DNA from: Batkoa obscura
Taxonomy: Eukaryota
Assembly (NCBI GenBank): GCA_030770535.1
Contig: JASVEC010000013.1
Span: forward strand, 310,001-374,000
Length of the DNA: 64,000 nt
Direction of reading: 5' to 3'
The notes beneath the pieces are model-generated. The model was not told the DNA's origin, did not search any database, and saw only the letters and a program-made list of their open reading frames with translations. This document shows positions 1 to 14,300 of this stretch, one piece after another; position 1 is the stretch's first letter; every line of letters begins with the position of its first letter. Both the position numbers and the translations under genes were made by a program.

Positions 1-101
1 TTTTAATAAATTCTTTAAAATTTGATTTTGATCACTCAGTTTATTCAAAATCCTTGATTCAAATTTAATTTCATTTAAAATCTCAATTGCAACTTAATAA
101 A

Positions 102-777
102 ATGACACTGTCAAAACAGCAAAACCAAAATTTAACTTCAACAACTTCAACAACTAAATTCTATCTTATCCTTTTCACTCGTTTTCTCCTAGTATCCAAA
201 TTTTACCAAGATGGTATTGGAACTTTACTTCAATTCTCCTTCTACTTATATTTCTTTCAACAAGTTCGTCATTTAAATTCTCCATTACCAGAACTTTATC
301 TTAGCTTTATTCCACCTATTACCTTAATCTTTACCACCTTAATAGTTTTTAATAAATATACTAAGTTAGCAATTACTGGTTTAATCGCAATATGGATGCT
401 TCAAGGAGTTGTTTATGGGATGGAAGTTAATTTCAAGGCTATTTGAAGGTTATATTTGGTGTTTTGTTGGTATTACTATGCTTTTAGTGGAAGATATAGT
501 TAATGGCGGGAAAAATAAAGATAGCGATTTACAACTAATTGAAGAAAAGGAAAAAGAGGCTTATTTGATTGATGGACTGCAAGGTATCGAAAATAAATTG
601 CAATTTGACTTAAGGTTTAATGCCAATAGTGTTATTTATCCAGAAGAAGCAAGTTATTCTTTGATACTGGAACATAATGGGCTTAGTGATTTAAAAGCAA
701 ATAATTATGAAGATGATGATGAACTCGGTTTTTTTAAATCAAGAGATATTTATTTGAATTCTCCACACTCTGTTTAA
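102..777 (+). pseudogene. Divergent SURF4/Erv29-like ER cargo receptor, split by a 1-nt frameshift near 435-440 (pseudogene or sequence error)
   Basis: ORF from ATG 102 gives FTRFLLVSKFYQDG...YTKLAITGLIAIWMLQGVVYG, resembling the Erv29 N-terminal half (ARFLIVSTFYED...QALVYG). The hydrophobic continuation LFEGYIWCFVGITMLLVEDIV is in the next frame (ORF 409..777). Only the N-terminal half of SURF4 is recognisable. Confidence 0.5.
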
Positions 778-1212
778 AGTTTATTTTATTTCATATTGTA
801 AGAGTAAATTCATAAAGGTTGAATAATTATAAATGTTAGCGCTATTAACAAATGTTTTTATATTATTATATAATTATATAATATTAAAAAATAAGACTTC
901 TTATTGTCACAAATTAACGAAATGAATTAAATTATTCAACTTGAAAAAAAGTATTACAATATTGTGGAATGTAACAATAATAAAATATATTTAAAGTACT
1001 TGAGACCGTCTAACTCCTTCAAAATTTTGTATATTTATATATATGTAATTTTATAAAATAACAATATTACATATACATGCGTAGTTGTTCCATGTTCTTA
1101 TATTAAGTTATTAAAGTTTAATGAATCAAAGAATAAGTAATAAATACTCAGCATAACAATATAAAGGGCCGCTTTTTATACTCATCCTTCATTTTTCCTT
1201 ATACTAACTACG

Positions 1213-2579
1213 ATGCAAGAACTTCAATTCCAACTAGAAAACTTACCATATTTTATACTAAAGCAAATAACAGAATTATTGCAAATCAAAGATGCTTTAA
1301 AGCTTTTACTTGTTTCCAAAGATTGGAATAAAGTGTTTACACCAGTAATCTGGGAAGATTTAGATCCAAGTTATACAGGAAGCGAACTTAAAGTAATGAG
1401 AAAAGCATTTAAAAATATGGTAAATATATCAAAACGTTATGGATAAGGGATGGGAAGTATATTAAATATATTCCAAAGCATTATAGAAATGCTACCACTA
1501 TGTTTATAACTTCAAAGCATTATTTTTTAAATTTGGAGAAATATAAAAATTTAAGTTTAACGGAGTTAAATTATGATAGTGGTATGGAACCTGTTTTAAA
1601 TCAAAGTGGAAATGAAAATCTTTTATGTAACACTCAACTCAAACAATTACTCAAAAACGTAACCTCATTGACCACCGATAAAATTGATGACTATTTTATA
1701 GATTTTGTACTACCAAATGTACCAAGAAATATTAAGAGTATATGTTTATTTAGTCGAGACTTTGGATTTGAATCCATCGAATTGATATTAACAAACTTTC
1801 AAAACTTACAAGATTTAAGATTATTTATAGACTTATGTCAACAAGATCTACTCTTATTTCAAAACCATATGTTCAAGTCACTGAAAACTTTATATCTAAA
1901 TTCTTTCACTTCGGACGATAGATTCAATATTAATTTCAATCATTTTCCTGCATTGACTAAATTACATTTAGACTATGTTTGTAATCTATACTTACATGGT
2001 ACTTCTAATCTTAATTTCCTTGAATTAGACTTTATTGATTTAAAATGTATCAATTCTTTTGGAAATATAGCACCAAAGCTTCGAATTTTAATCCTATATA
2101 ATTGTAAAAATATGAATAGTAGAGTAGCAACTTCCATCTTTCAATTAAAAGAGTTAACTAACCTAGAGATTACTTATCACTATGAGATCGAATACATCTT
2201 AGCTATTGAAGAAGTTTTTAGAAAAAGTCAATCCAACTTGATAAGCTTACAATTACAAGGTTTAAGTTTGGGGACTTATTTTGTACAACTTTTAATAACT
2301 AAATGTCCCAATTTAATCTATTTATCAATATTTTCATGCCATTTTGATATGTATAGTTTATTATATTTTAATTATCGAATGAAACTTGATAAACGAAGTT
2401 TAAACCTAGGTGAAGTTTATATGAAAAATTGCACTGGTGCATATACTTTCCTTATTGAATATATTTTAGATTATTGCTCCAATCTATTCTTTTTAATGGT
2501 GGATCCGATCCCCAAGTTGGAGTGGAGTTATAATAAAAAACTAACTTTAGCCCTGAATTTACATGGCTGCTTAGATTAA
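1213..2579 (+). CDS. F-box / leucine-rich repeat (RNI-like) protein, interrupted by an apparent frameshift at the A5 run 1411-1415
   Basis: F-box motif LENLPYFILKQITELL...LLLVSKDWN...IW in 1213..1446; LxxLxL repeats (FQNLQDLRL, FPALTKLHL, KCPNLIYLSI) in 1500..2579. One extra A at 1411-1415 joins them in frame (KAFKKYGKYIKTLWIRDG...TTMF). Confidence 0.7.
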
Positions 2580-2745
2580 TATGAATTGGGCTTTAACATT
2601 TTAGATTATTTAAATAGAATAAAATAGAATATATACTTTATTTTTATTATTATATTTATAATACTGCTTTGGATGTTTAAAGCACATTTAAAAATTATAA
2701 CTATCATTAATGAATTTTAAGAATTGACCTTTAGTAATAAATAAG

Positions 2746-2850
2746 ATATAAGAGTATTTTTTTTGATTTCATCACTTTTTCCTTTTTTAAGTACTATTTG
2801 AGTGGAAAGGCTATCAGTAAAATTGTTAAACACAAAAATACATCCTCAAA
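2746..2850 (+). mobile_element. MITE family A copy (~105 bp); partial opposite-orientation end at ~2893-2929
   Basis: Matches the consensus ATATGGGG.TGT(T)nGGTTTCATT...TTAAGCGCTATTTGAGTGGAAA...AGTAAAATTCTTAAACA(A)nTACATCCCCATAT (strand = consensus orientation). Confidence 0.75.
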
Positions 2851-2971
2851 CACTCAATGATTTAACTGTAAATATAACAATTAATAAATGAATTTTTTAA
2901 AAAATAATGAAACCAAAAAACATCTTCATTTGTCTAATAGATTAAAACATTAGATTTGTTTAAAAAGAAAA

Positions 2972-3043
2972 TAGCATCTGAAGGTTTCGATCCTTCGACC
3001 TCGGGGTTATGAGCCCCGCGCGCTTCCTCTGCGCCAAGATGCT
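2972..3043 (-). tRNA. tRNA-iMet (initiator, anticodon CAT)
   Basis: Reverse complement AGCATCTTGGCGCAGAGGAAGCGCGCGGGGCTCATAACCCCGAGGTCGAAGGATCGAAACCTTCAGATGCTA: A1:T72 pair, G-C-rich anticodon stem and GATCG instead of GTTCG in the T loop, all eukaryotic initiator hallmarks. Confidence 0.95.
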
Positions 3044-3401
3044 CTCAACGTTTAAAAGGAAATTTTTTATATAAATACTATTTTAGAACATTCTAGCTTG
3101 CTGAAATAAAGTGAAATTATGGAATTTTGATTAATGAACATTTATTGTACTTTATATCTAAAAGAACTCTTTTTATAATTTAATTCGTTATTGTTGTATT
3201 ATCTACATACCATTTTAGCTTTTTTTTTATTTAGCTTTTTTTATTTAGTTTTTAGCCATTTTTATGACTTTTTACTGCGGAAGTTAATGGAAAAATCAAA
3301 GTAGTAAACCAATCAAATCTGTTCAATTTGTAATATAAAGCAATAGTCCAAACCCTTATCTTTTTCTTTCATTAAACCTAGACAGTAAATAAAATTAAAA
3401 A

Positions 3402-5504
3402 ATGAGAGGAAGAAGAAAATTAAAAGGAGGGATTTCTAGAGGAAGTGGGAGGTCGAATTCAAAGCCTAGAAATTTCTCAAATCATAACATCTATTTGGAC
3501 GGTGATGAATTGATCTCATTTGCTGAATTACAAAAGTTTGCAGACAATAATAATAATGACTTTGTAAATCAGTTTCAACTATCTAATTCAGGAAACTCAA
3601 GGAGAAAGATGAAAAATAATAAAAGGAATATTAGTATCAATAGTAGAGATAATAATGATAATAATAACAAGAGCTATAATGGTAGAAATAAGCCTTTGAA
3701 AATTGGGGGAATGCAATTGATAGTCGAAAATGATTATATTGACACAACTAGTAATCCAAGTTATAATGTAACTACTTTAATAATTTAAAATGTAAAATTA
3801 AATCTGTTTAGAATATTTTTCAAAGTAATAAAAAGGATCCTAACTCCAAACGATATAAAAGTGATGTGAATAAAAATTCAAAAAATAAAAGCAAAAATAA
3901 AGGAAGCTACCAGCAATCAAATAGCCAAGGTAAAAACTCTAAAAATAATGGGAGACAAAAGAATAGCAAGAATACTATTTCTAATAATAGTGTTGCATTT
4001 GTTAAAGCCGTTAAAGGTATTTAATATTAAAAAATTTAATATATTCTTATTATCTTCAAAGAATCAAGCGAAGACGATGAAAGTGATTGGCCATCTTATG
4101 ATACTTCAGATGAGCAAGATCCATCAAAGCGAGTTGAAAGGAGCGCCTCAATCGAAGAAATAGTAATTAAAATCTACTCTTAATATTTATTTTTAACACG
4201 ATATGTAGGAGACAAAAGAAGTTCTTAGTTTAAGTGATACATTTAGTAATATAATAGAAAATGAGGATGAGGTTTTATCAGATATGGCCTCGCCATTTGA
4301 AGGCTTTTCAGATGAAATGGTTCGGGATGAAAGAAGTCCAGCACAAGGGAACTCGGCTAAAAGTGAGATATACTCAAAAGAGGAACAAAATTTTAATAAC
4401 ATTATAACAAAATTAGAAAATATAAATTTAGACTCTTTAATTACTTTAGATACCCTGGGAGGGTATGCGGAACATATTAGTGATCAAGATGTGATCAATC
4501 AATCAAATATATTTACAAAGCATCAAGAATTTAAAGAACCCGTTATAATATCTGATGGAGAAAAGTTTGACGATGGAAATGAGATTGATGCTAAAAACTT
4601 GGCATTGGAGAATCAAGAGGGAAAGGACGTTATTGAATTATCAGATGGAGATAGCTATGATAGTAGTAGCGATTCAGATGATTATACTAGTGATTCAGAA
4701 AATATTGAGGTTGATTTTACTGATTCTGATAATGATAGCAAAATTCAAGATTATCTTGACAATATGTCGATTGAAGGAATGAAATTGAATGTAGTAGATA
4801 TTGATGATGATAGGGATATGTATATAGACGATCCATCGTTTGAGTTTAAGCAAGGATTCTTCTATGCCATTAGTGCTATGCTTAAAGAGTATCCTCAACT
4901 TGATCAAGAAGAGGCACTTTCAAATATGAAAAAGAAATACCCTGAAATGTTTAAACAACGAGAAAAGAAAAGTAAAAATAAAGTTAATTCAATAAGGAAA
5001 GAAGGCCATGTAAAAGTACATAAAACAAAAAGTACAAACATTATGTCACAAATATTCTTTGACTTTTTAACAGCAAGGGATAAGCGCAAGATTGAGTTTC
5101 CACCTGTTAGTAGAGATTTGGTTAATAAATTGCTTATGATGGGCAGTGAACACGGCTTGGTTGCCAATTGCTCTGGGAAAGGAAAAAAGAAAGTAGTGAC
5201 ATTAACCAAAACAAAACGTACTGTTATACCTTCAAGTATTGAAGAGATTGATTTGCTAGCTTATTCTAACATCAAAAAGAAAAATGTGACTATTAGTAAG
5301 AGAACTGAAAAGTCAATTTCTGTAACTGAAGGTAGTGGACTAAAGGTGAATAAAGCACCACCAATTGCAGTATCTAATGTAGGCCATAGATTACTCTCTA
5401 AGATGGGCTGGGCACCAGGGCAAAAGCTAGGTACAAACGATAATGGGTTGCTTATACCTATTCAGCCTCAAGCTAGGAAAAGAAATTCCGGGCTTGGATC
5501 TTAA
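3402..5504 (+). CDS. SQS1-like R3H + G-patch domain protein (4 exons; introns ~3768-3811, 4017-4061, 4163-4208)
   Basis: The GT-AG introns join the frames; exon 2 ends VAFVKA. Acidic middle region, R3H-like segment IEFPPVSRD...HGLVANCSGKGKKKVVTLTKTKRT and C-terminal G-patch SNVGHRLLSKMGWAPGQKLG...PIQPQARKRNSGLG. Confidence 0.8.
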
Positions 5505-5742
5505 AGTATAATTATGTTATTGCTAGCTGCAAAAGTTATATTAAAATATCAAGATATTATTCTAAATATACTTTTATTCATGGTTGTAAATGCTTTATAT
5601 ATTTTTATTTTTGTGATTAAGTTTATCTTAAGTATCATTTTGTTAAAATTTTAAGTTAATGCTGTAACTTTAAAATGTAATTTATGTAATAATAAATCTT
5701 TAATCAAAACTATACTACTTTATTGATAATGAAATAACACCC

Positions 5743-8055
5743 TTATTCGTTGTTGATCTTTTGGTAAAGTTCATCAATGTGTTTTTGATATTTCGATTTA
5801 AGATCATGACGTTTAAGCTTAAAACTAAAAGGGATAAATTAATAAATTAATAATAATAAAAAAGTTAACTTACGTTGGTGTAATAAGATTATTTTCAATA
5901 CTAAATGGCTCATGTTCAACAAAGATACCAAATACTTTTTCGAATCTAAAATAATGAAATTAGATCATTATCTTTAACATTTTAAATAAATCAACTTACC
6001 CAGCTAATTTAGTACGGGTTTCAATATTTTTAATCTCTTTTAACAAAGCTTCATTTACCTTTGGATGTTGGCAGAGTTGTTCAATGCTTAGTTGTTCACT
6101 GCTTCCAACAATGGATTTTGCCCATTCTGGAAAATTTTCTGCATCTGGCACGATAACAGCAACTAGCTTGCTTTGGAATGAATCACCATAAACAAATGCT
6201 TGAGCTATGTATTTTGTAGTTGCATAAATATTTTCAATCTTTTCAGGTGAAATATATTCTCCTATTAGATTAAATTAAATTAATATACACTCAGTTCATA
6301 TCTTATTCACTGAATTACCTTGAGATAATTTGAAGATATTCTTTATACGATCAACAATAACTGGGAATCTATGACGATTAAGAGTAGCAATATCTCCAGT
6401 ATGGAACCAACCCTCTTCATCAATTGCTTCTTTTGTTTTTTCAGGTTCGTTAAGGTACCCTTTAAATATATTATATCCTCTTATACATAATTCTCCTCTA
6501 GCAAAAGGTTTATCTGTTGATAAGTAGTTCATTGAAGGAACATCAACTAACTTGAATTCATTACTAAAAAACGGTAAATAAATATAAAAAGTTGAGTTTA
6601 AAATTGAATTACCAGAACAGTGGTGGCCCAACGGCCCCTGCTTCATTATCACCTCTTACTGTAAGTAAAGAAGCTGCACAAGTTTCAGTAGTACCGAAAC
6701 CTATTTTTATCAATTAAATACATTTCATTACAAAAAAGAGTTAATTTACCTTCACAAATATCAAGACTTAAACAAACTCTTAAAAATTCCATAACCTTTG
6801 GTGATAAAGGTGCTGAACCTGTAAGCATAAACTTAAGTCTACCACCTAAAACTTGGCGAACTTTGTTAAAGACTAAAGGATCCCAAATAGGGTGTTCAAC
6901 TCCGTTACCCTCTTTATAATATTGTAATTTCTTTTGATAAGCAATTCTGAATAACGCAGGTCCTAATCCTTGTCCGTGTAAACCTTTAGCGGCAACTGCA
7001 TCATAAATACGATTTAATAATCTAGGCACTGAGTTCATAGCAGTGGGCTTAAGTACAGCACAATCATCCATTAGCTTGGTAATATCACCGCAATAAAACC
7101 CTATGGATGCACCAGTGTACAAAAATGCGTATAAAGAACAACGTTCAAAACAATGAGGTAGTGGAAGGAAACTCATATATACAACATCCTCCTCACCTTT
7201 AGGGATACCTGCTCTTTGATAGGCTCCAAGAGCAGCACTTGAATTGTTGGCATGAGTTATAATCGCTCCTTTTGGTTGACCTGTAGTTCCTGAAGTATAG
7301 CAATAAGTGTAAATATCTTCTGGTAATGGTGGATTAGCTACGATAGGGTTCTGTTTACCGACAGCTAACACCTCATTAAAATCGAGTAACTTAATATTAC
7401 AAGAAGCTGCCCAGGACTTTAAAATATTAGAAGAAGAAGCTTCATCTTTATTATTGCTAAATGGATCCATACTGATTATAATTTTCAATCCTGGGAGGTT
7501 AGGAGCACTCTTTAATAGTTTTGGAATACGTTCTTGACTACATACAATTAAAGGTACTTGGGAATGATTGATTACGTATTCCAAAGTTTCTTGACCATAA
7601 GTATCAAATAAAGCTACATTGATAAGACTTTGTGAAATTAAAGCAAAGTCAGTAATGACCCATTCAGTACGATTGGCAGAGAATAAACCTATAGTTTTAC
7701 CTTTTAAATCGTCGAGGTTACACTCATTTTTATACAAATAGGCTAGCCCAGAACTGAGGTCTGAAGTTAATTTTTCGACTTCAGAATAAGTGATCCATTC
7801 ATAAGGTCCAAATACGCCAGTCTGTGGGTCTTTATTTCTGGTCCCAAAGCAGTTCTGTTTTCCATACGCTTTAAAAGCATATTGTGTAAACTCATAAAAT
7901 GTTCTTGGTTCACCTTCTCTGTAAGCAACAAGCTCTTCCTTATAGTCTCCAGTACGGAATATACCAGTTTGCCCAGGCTTACGACTGTTTGGTACCTCAA
8001 CACAAAGCTGGTCCAATTTCAAGCCTTCTTTTACTGTTAATGTTTTTACTACCAT
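5743..8055 (-). CDS. Long-chain fatty acyl-CoA synthetase (ACSL/FAA2-like), 6 exons
   Basis: AMP-binding motif CYTSGTTGQPKG, SFLPLPHCFER, TGSAPL, EGYGTTET across an intron, GWFHTGDI, DRIKNIFKLSQGEYISPEKIE; last exon FKLKRHDL...NNE* with stop at 5743-5745. Five short introns in the 3' part. Confidence 0.92.
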
Positions 8056-8339
8056 GCTATTTTACAAATAAATTGAAACTGAAATTTGATGTATTTGTAG
8101 TTTAATGCTTGTTTTTTTATTCTTAGGCCAATCATTGGACGCTTGGAATTTGATTACAGTGTTTTATAGCATTTTCTTCCCATTTGATTGTTGAACATAA
8201 CTGTAGAGTTTGCTTGATTAAGTAGAAATGCTCATCATTCTTTTTTGTAAATTGGCCAATTAATTTTGTGAGAATTGAACTTTTGATGTCTAGTTTTTCC
8301 GAAATAAAAAGCCAATTTAAATTTTCAAAGCAACTGTCT

Positions 8340-8445
8340 ATATGTGGATGTTTTTTTTGGTTTCATTATTTTTTCCATTTTTTAAGCACTATTTGAGTGG
8401 GAAAGTTGCTAGTAAAATTCTTAAACATAAAAATACTTCCCAATA
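8340..8445 (+). mobile_element. MITE family A copy
   Basis: Full-length match to the consensus. Confidence 0.8.
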
Positions 8446-8722
8446 TAAATAATAAAGCATTAACCTTATATAATAATATTTTAATTATGTTATTTATAAA
8501 CACTATTTCGTAGGCACAAGTAACACCATGATGTATAATATACTAAATAAAATACTTCAGCTATATTTTGAATTAGTTTAATGGAAACAAACTCCATACC
8601 TATGTTCTTTTTTTGCACTAATGATTTAATAATTTATTTTCCACTTAAAAATTATGGATAATAAAAGATTAGCTGTGCTATTGTATTAATAATACTATAC
8701 TGCTATTACATTAATTTATTGT

Positions 8723-10298
8723 TTATTTGTTAAATAAAATTTTTTCAAGATTAGTGCGGTTTAAATCTAAAGAGGAGATTGAGGATAAATTTGAGATGGA
8801 AGTAGCGGAAAGTTCAGATAATCCGAATGAATGAGCCTTTGGAGGTGCATTTAACAATTCTTTTTGTTTTTGTTTTTCAAAATCTTGGTTCATATTTTTA
8901 ATCGACATTTTACGCAACGTTTTTAAGCTAGGTACCTTGTCCTCTTCAAAATATTTTAATATTGATGGTTGCGTCAAGTTTGTATGTGAGATTAAGTCTT
9001 GGTTTAGTTGGTCAGCCGATTTAGATAAATAGTATTCAGAAATGGTCTTAAGGATTGTTGTACCTTGACTCTTTAGGCCCATAATTTCTTTTAAATTTTG
9101 GGTAAAGCTTGCATTTTGATGAAAGTTATTGTAATACTTGGGGTTCAGTTTCATACATATATAAATTACTAAGATCATATAAATTAAACTTATTGTTCCA
9201 TTATCTGCCATGACCCCGATTGCCCCTTTTTTGCTATTAAAGTTTATTAACTAAAGTCGATATATAGTTAAATTAATTACTTACTAATAAGTTAAACTGT
9301 GGATTGTATCTATATAGTTGATGTTAGTATCAATGAATTACTAAACTATAATATTATTTCAACTTACCACTACTAACTAATATATTAATAAAGATAGTAA
9401 CGTAATTTGGTAGCTCTAGTAACTAATATATAATGTTAGTGTAATTCAATTCAATTAATATTAAGATCCCTACCAATACTAAGGCACATAGTGTTGATTT
9501 TGAAAGCACTAGTGTAATATCGGTTTCAAAAGTGGAATGAAATAAAAAAATAATATAAATAACAAAGATGGAGCTTAGTATAGTACTAAGATCCAAATAA
9601 AATAATGGAGAAGTAAAATGTAAGTCATGAGGACAATGATCTATCCTGGGCACCAAAATGAATTTAAGTAAAGTAGTAATAATCGAGACAATAGGAAGCT
9701 GGCTGATAGCCAGAAAAACTTTCGGTAAAAATGAAGGTTTTGCTGGTTGAAATTTGATTTTACAAAAGGGAAAAATTAATCTTCTTTGTTTTCGATTCGC
9801 TACTATCTCTTTCACTTTCATATCATCCTTTTCTAAGATATGTATCATCATCTTTAGTACTTGTAGCATTAATATCCCATTATACGTTTTATTTAAGTTT
9901 TTTAAATAAATGTCTAAGAAAGGAAAGCGGTAACTTACGATTGAGAATGTAATCATTACTGGTACACTAGTTAATATTTGCAAAATTGGTACTTGTAATT
10001 CCTAATAAAACATAAAGCATAAAACATAAAACATAAATAATTGATTATAATAAAAAAGATGAAGCCAACCTTAGTATAATATTTTATGTGTATATAAATA
10101 TGATAGATCGCAAAACCTGCAGTAACAATTCCAATGCCTCCAATCAAACATAGTATACTATAACTTGCTAAAATAGGATAAAAAATTAGCTGTTTTGATA
10201 GGTCTTGGCTTTTAATATTTACTTATTATCTCTGCCAAATGCTCTTCGCTGCCAAACGTGCCTTCTTTTAAATGATTATAATAACAGTCTTCTGGCAT
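8723..10298 (-). CDS. TMEM184 / organic solute transporter Ost-alpha family membrane protein (multi-exon, divergent)
   Basis: Spliced reading gives HIYIHIKYYTK|ELQVPILQILTSVPV (family pattern HL..YT.P..Q..IIRIL..VP), then FPFC...LAISQLPIV and HCP..LHFTSPLFYL. ATG at 10298; introns carry CTAAC-type branch points. The ORF-track pieces 9423..9983 and 8723..9211 are parts of this gene. Confidence 0.7.
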
Positions 10299-10673
10299 TA
10301 AATGGGTATAAAATATAATAATAGTAAATTGTAAATTTTTTCTTTATTCATTTTTATTTTTCATTATATTTGAAACTTGTCTTTTGTTTTAAATTTAAAT
10401 TTTGACTTCGGTAACTTTATGTTTTTTAATTTTAATTGCTTTGAAGGTAATTTTAAGTCTTGAAGTTTCATCTTTAGATTGGGTTTTAACAATTTTTATT
10501 CCGCTTTGGGGAAATAAAACAACTAAAATTTTTTGCTATTTATTTTTAAAAAATATACATTTTATAAAGTATTTTATATATCGCCTTTTAAAAACGCTTT
10601 TTTGTATAAAGTAACATTTAATTCACAATAATATATTATCTAATCGCCAGAAAAGTGGGTTTACTCTGTCAAC

Positions 10674-10777
10674 ATATGGTGATAGTCTTTTTGTTTAAGA
10701 AATTTGGCACAATCTTTTCCACTTATTAGCGCTTAGGAACTGAAAAAGTGTTGAAACTAAAAAAGGCATTCCCATAT
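10674..10777 (-). mobile_element. MITE family A copy (diverged)
   Basis: ATATGGTGAT...TTGTTTAAGAAATT...AGCGCTTA...CATTCCCATAT. Confidence 0.7.
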
Positions 10778-11302
10778 TTTGTTTTATAATTCTCAGTTTT
10801 GGAAAAATTGCAAAAATTTATACCATTGTAGCAGTGATATTGTTTTTAAATACCATATTATAATTAAATTCCCTTCTGAAAGCATTAATATATTGTTTGT
10901 TAGAACTAATATTAAGATAAATTATAATAAATCATCATTAGTATGAGTATATTTTTTATTTGATTTAAAAATAGGCTTTTATATTTAATATTAGTATAGA
11001 GTGGATAAAATTTAATGATAGAGACATCGTATACTATTAATATTTAAAACGACGATTTTAATAATTAATTAATAAGACACTGATAATAAAATGAATGTTG
11101 AAATGTATTAAACTTCTACGAAACTCCAAATATTTGTTAGCTACTTTAGTATTATCTAAAATTGACCAATATTCCAAACAAAGTTGCCCAAAAGACGTGA
11201 AATTTCACACACAGCTGAGAAATTCGTAGCTCTGAGCAAAAAAAATTTAAATGGCAAATTTTAAATAAATTGGTTATCTCACTTTTACTTATTTTGCGAC
11301 AT

Positions 11303-14300
11303 ATGGATATTAACCAAGATACACTCAATTATTTAGCCAATGTATTAGAGCAAACCTTTAGTCAATTGACAAGAAAGCAAGGTTAGAGTTAATTGCATTC
11401 ATAATATAAATTATTAATCTCATTATTTTAGCTGAGACTGAACTCAAACAAAGGGAGTCACAACCAAGATTTTTGATGTGTTTGTTTAAAATAATCGAAA
11501 TTGATGGGTTTTCTCCTCAAGTTAAGTTTGCTGCAGCAATTTATATAAAGAATTTGACTCGCAGAGAATGGCATATTGTAACATATTAGTTTTTGTTGTT
11601 TATTTTAACTAACAACTTAATAGTCTGGCGAAGAAGATAACATTATTAGCCAACAGGATCGAGAATATGCTAAAAGCAGAATTGTTGATCTTATTATGAG
11701 TTCACCCCCAAACTTTCAAATTCAACTTTCTGAAACACTAAATTCCATTTTAAGTTCAGAAAACGTAGATTATTGGAAATTGGTTATAGATGTAATTTGT
11801 TTATTATATTATCAAAGTAAAATATAACCAAGTTCTAGGCGTTATCTAAAAAATTCGATAGTGAAAATTACTCCCCTAATGTTACTGTTTTAAGGGTTAT
11901 AGATCTTTTTATGCAACGGTAATTTATTATTTGCAAATAATTGCATTTTCTAACTTCTTTAAAAGATTTAGAAACGAAAGGGAATGTCTAGAATTCGGGG
12001 AACATCTTCAAATCATTTTTGATATGATAACTCAGCCTCTTTATGTTTTATTTGTTGTAAGTTGTTTCAATATTTTGGTTTTATTTAAATTTATTTTTAG
12101 ACTTCATTAAGTAACATTGAGAAGCTACCATCCAATTCAACAATTTTAAAGTCTATCTTTGATTCAATTTTATTGATGATCAAGATCTACATATCTGCTT
12201 GTACTCATGATATCCCTCAAAGCTTTGATGATCATAAAGAGGAGTTTTTTAAAGGATTCCATAACCTTTTAAACTATAACAATCCTTGCCTTGAATCTGA
12301 TGTAACATTTCTATGATTGTTCGATCCAAAGTTAATATTATATAGGATCCAGATGAGTCAGGAGTTTTAGAAGAAATCAAGACATGTATTTGTGAAATTT
12401 GTAGAATATATTATTACAAATATACTGCCGATTTTGTGCATTCTGAAGACTTTTTAAAAAGTATATGGACTACTTTGGTAAATATAGGGCCTGAACAGAA
12501 ATACGATATGGTAACCTAAATCCCCTTATTTAATTTTACAAATCTAATGTAAAATATAGTTGGTTTCTGAAGCCATGAATTTTATTACTACTGTAGTTAA
12601 ACGTACCGGAGGTGATGTAATATTTCAAAATGATGAAGTTCTTCAAACTGTGTGTGAAAAGATTATTGTCCCAAATTGTCGTTTAAGAGGTGATATAATC
12701 ATTTAATCCTAATTATTTCTGTTAACCTTTTACAGATTCTGATATCGAAGCACTTGAGGATGAACCTATTGGTTATGTTAGACGTGAAATAGATGGTTCC
12801 AGTATAGATTCTCGTAGACATGCTTCTATGGAAATGATTCGCGCGTTTGTATATCAATATGAAGAAAGAATGGCAAGAGTTTTTATGGATTATAGCAACA
12901 AATTTATTGAAGTGAGTTTCTTAATATTCTATTTTGTAATAAATTAAGTCATGCTCTAGAAATATAATTTGGATCCCCCAAATAACTGGAGAGATAAAGA
13001 TACTGCCAACTTTTTATTTAATGCAATTGCTATAAAAACATTTACAACTCAGGTACTTTTTAATTATGCAATAGTTTAATTCTAATTTTTTTAGTTAGGC
13101 GCTACTAAAGTAGTTCCCACTATTGACTTTGTTAAACATTATCAATCAAGTGTTTTGCCCGACTTGGATCCAGGATCCCCTTCACATAAAGTTTTGAAAG
13201 TAGGAGCTATTAAATTTATATGTAACTTTAGATATCACTTAGGCGCCCAGGACCTGTTAAATATCCTTCCTATTTTAATTACCCATCTTGCTTCACCGCA
13301 TTATATAGTATACACCTTTGCAGCTATCTGTATTGAACGTATTTTGTTCTTAAAACTTGATGGGAAACTAGTTTTCACTGAACAAGTGCTTAAATCCCAC
13401 CTTGAGACATTATTGGGAAATCTATTTGATATTGCTGAAAGGCCATCAACTCCTGAGAAGGTTGCAGAAAATGAGTTTATAATGCGCGCTGTAATGCGTA
13501 TTATTTTTATTGGGAAGGAAACTATTACACACCACAAAGCACTTATTTCAAAGAAATTGGGCAATATCTTGGCTATTATTTCCAAAAACCCATCAAACCC
13601 AAAATTCAATCATTATCTATTTGAATGCATAGGCGGCGTTGTTAAGTAAAAAGCCTTTTTTATTTTTTGCTTTTTACTAAAAATCATTAGAACTACTCAC
13701 CCCACAGTAGAAGAGTTTGAAGCAAGCTTCTGGCCATCGTTTCAATATATTCTTGCAGAAAACATCGCAGGTACTTAATTATATTGCCTTTATTTAACCT
13801 TTACTTATTTATCTATTTAGAATTTTTCCCATATACAATTCAAATCATGTCACAAATCTTGTCCTTCCATGATAAAACTATGCCTCTTCCTAAATTTTTC
13901 CAAGACTTTTGGCCTCCAGTTGTTCAACCACCTTACTGGGAAAGCAAAGGTAATTGAACAAATGTAATATAGGTTATAAATTAATTTTTTAGGTAATGTA
14001 CCAGCCCTTGTTAAACTTTTGAAGGAGTATCTTATATGTGCCCCTTCCTTTGTTTCTGATATGAATAATATTCGTTCCATCCTCGGTGTCTTCAATAGAC
14101 TTTTGAATTCCAAGCCTTATGAAGAATACTCTTTTGATATTCTCGAAGCCGTATTTTTAAATGTTGATTTGTAATTTTTTGTTTAAATTTTGTTTGGTAT
14201 ATATCTTATGATTATTTAGGTCAATTTTGGATCAATTTTTGCAAACAGTTTTCCTCAAGATTTTACAAAGAATCAAAACAAACCCCTCTACTTCCCTTAT

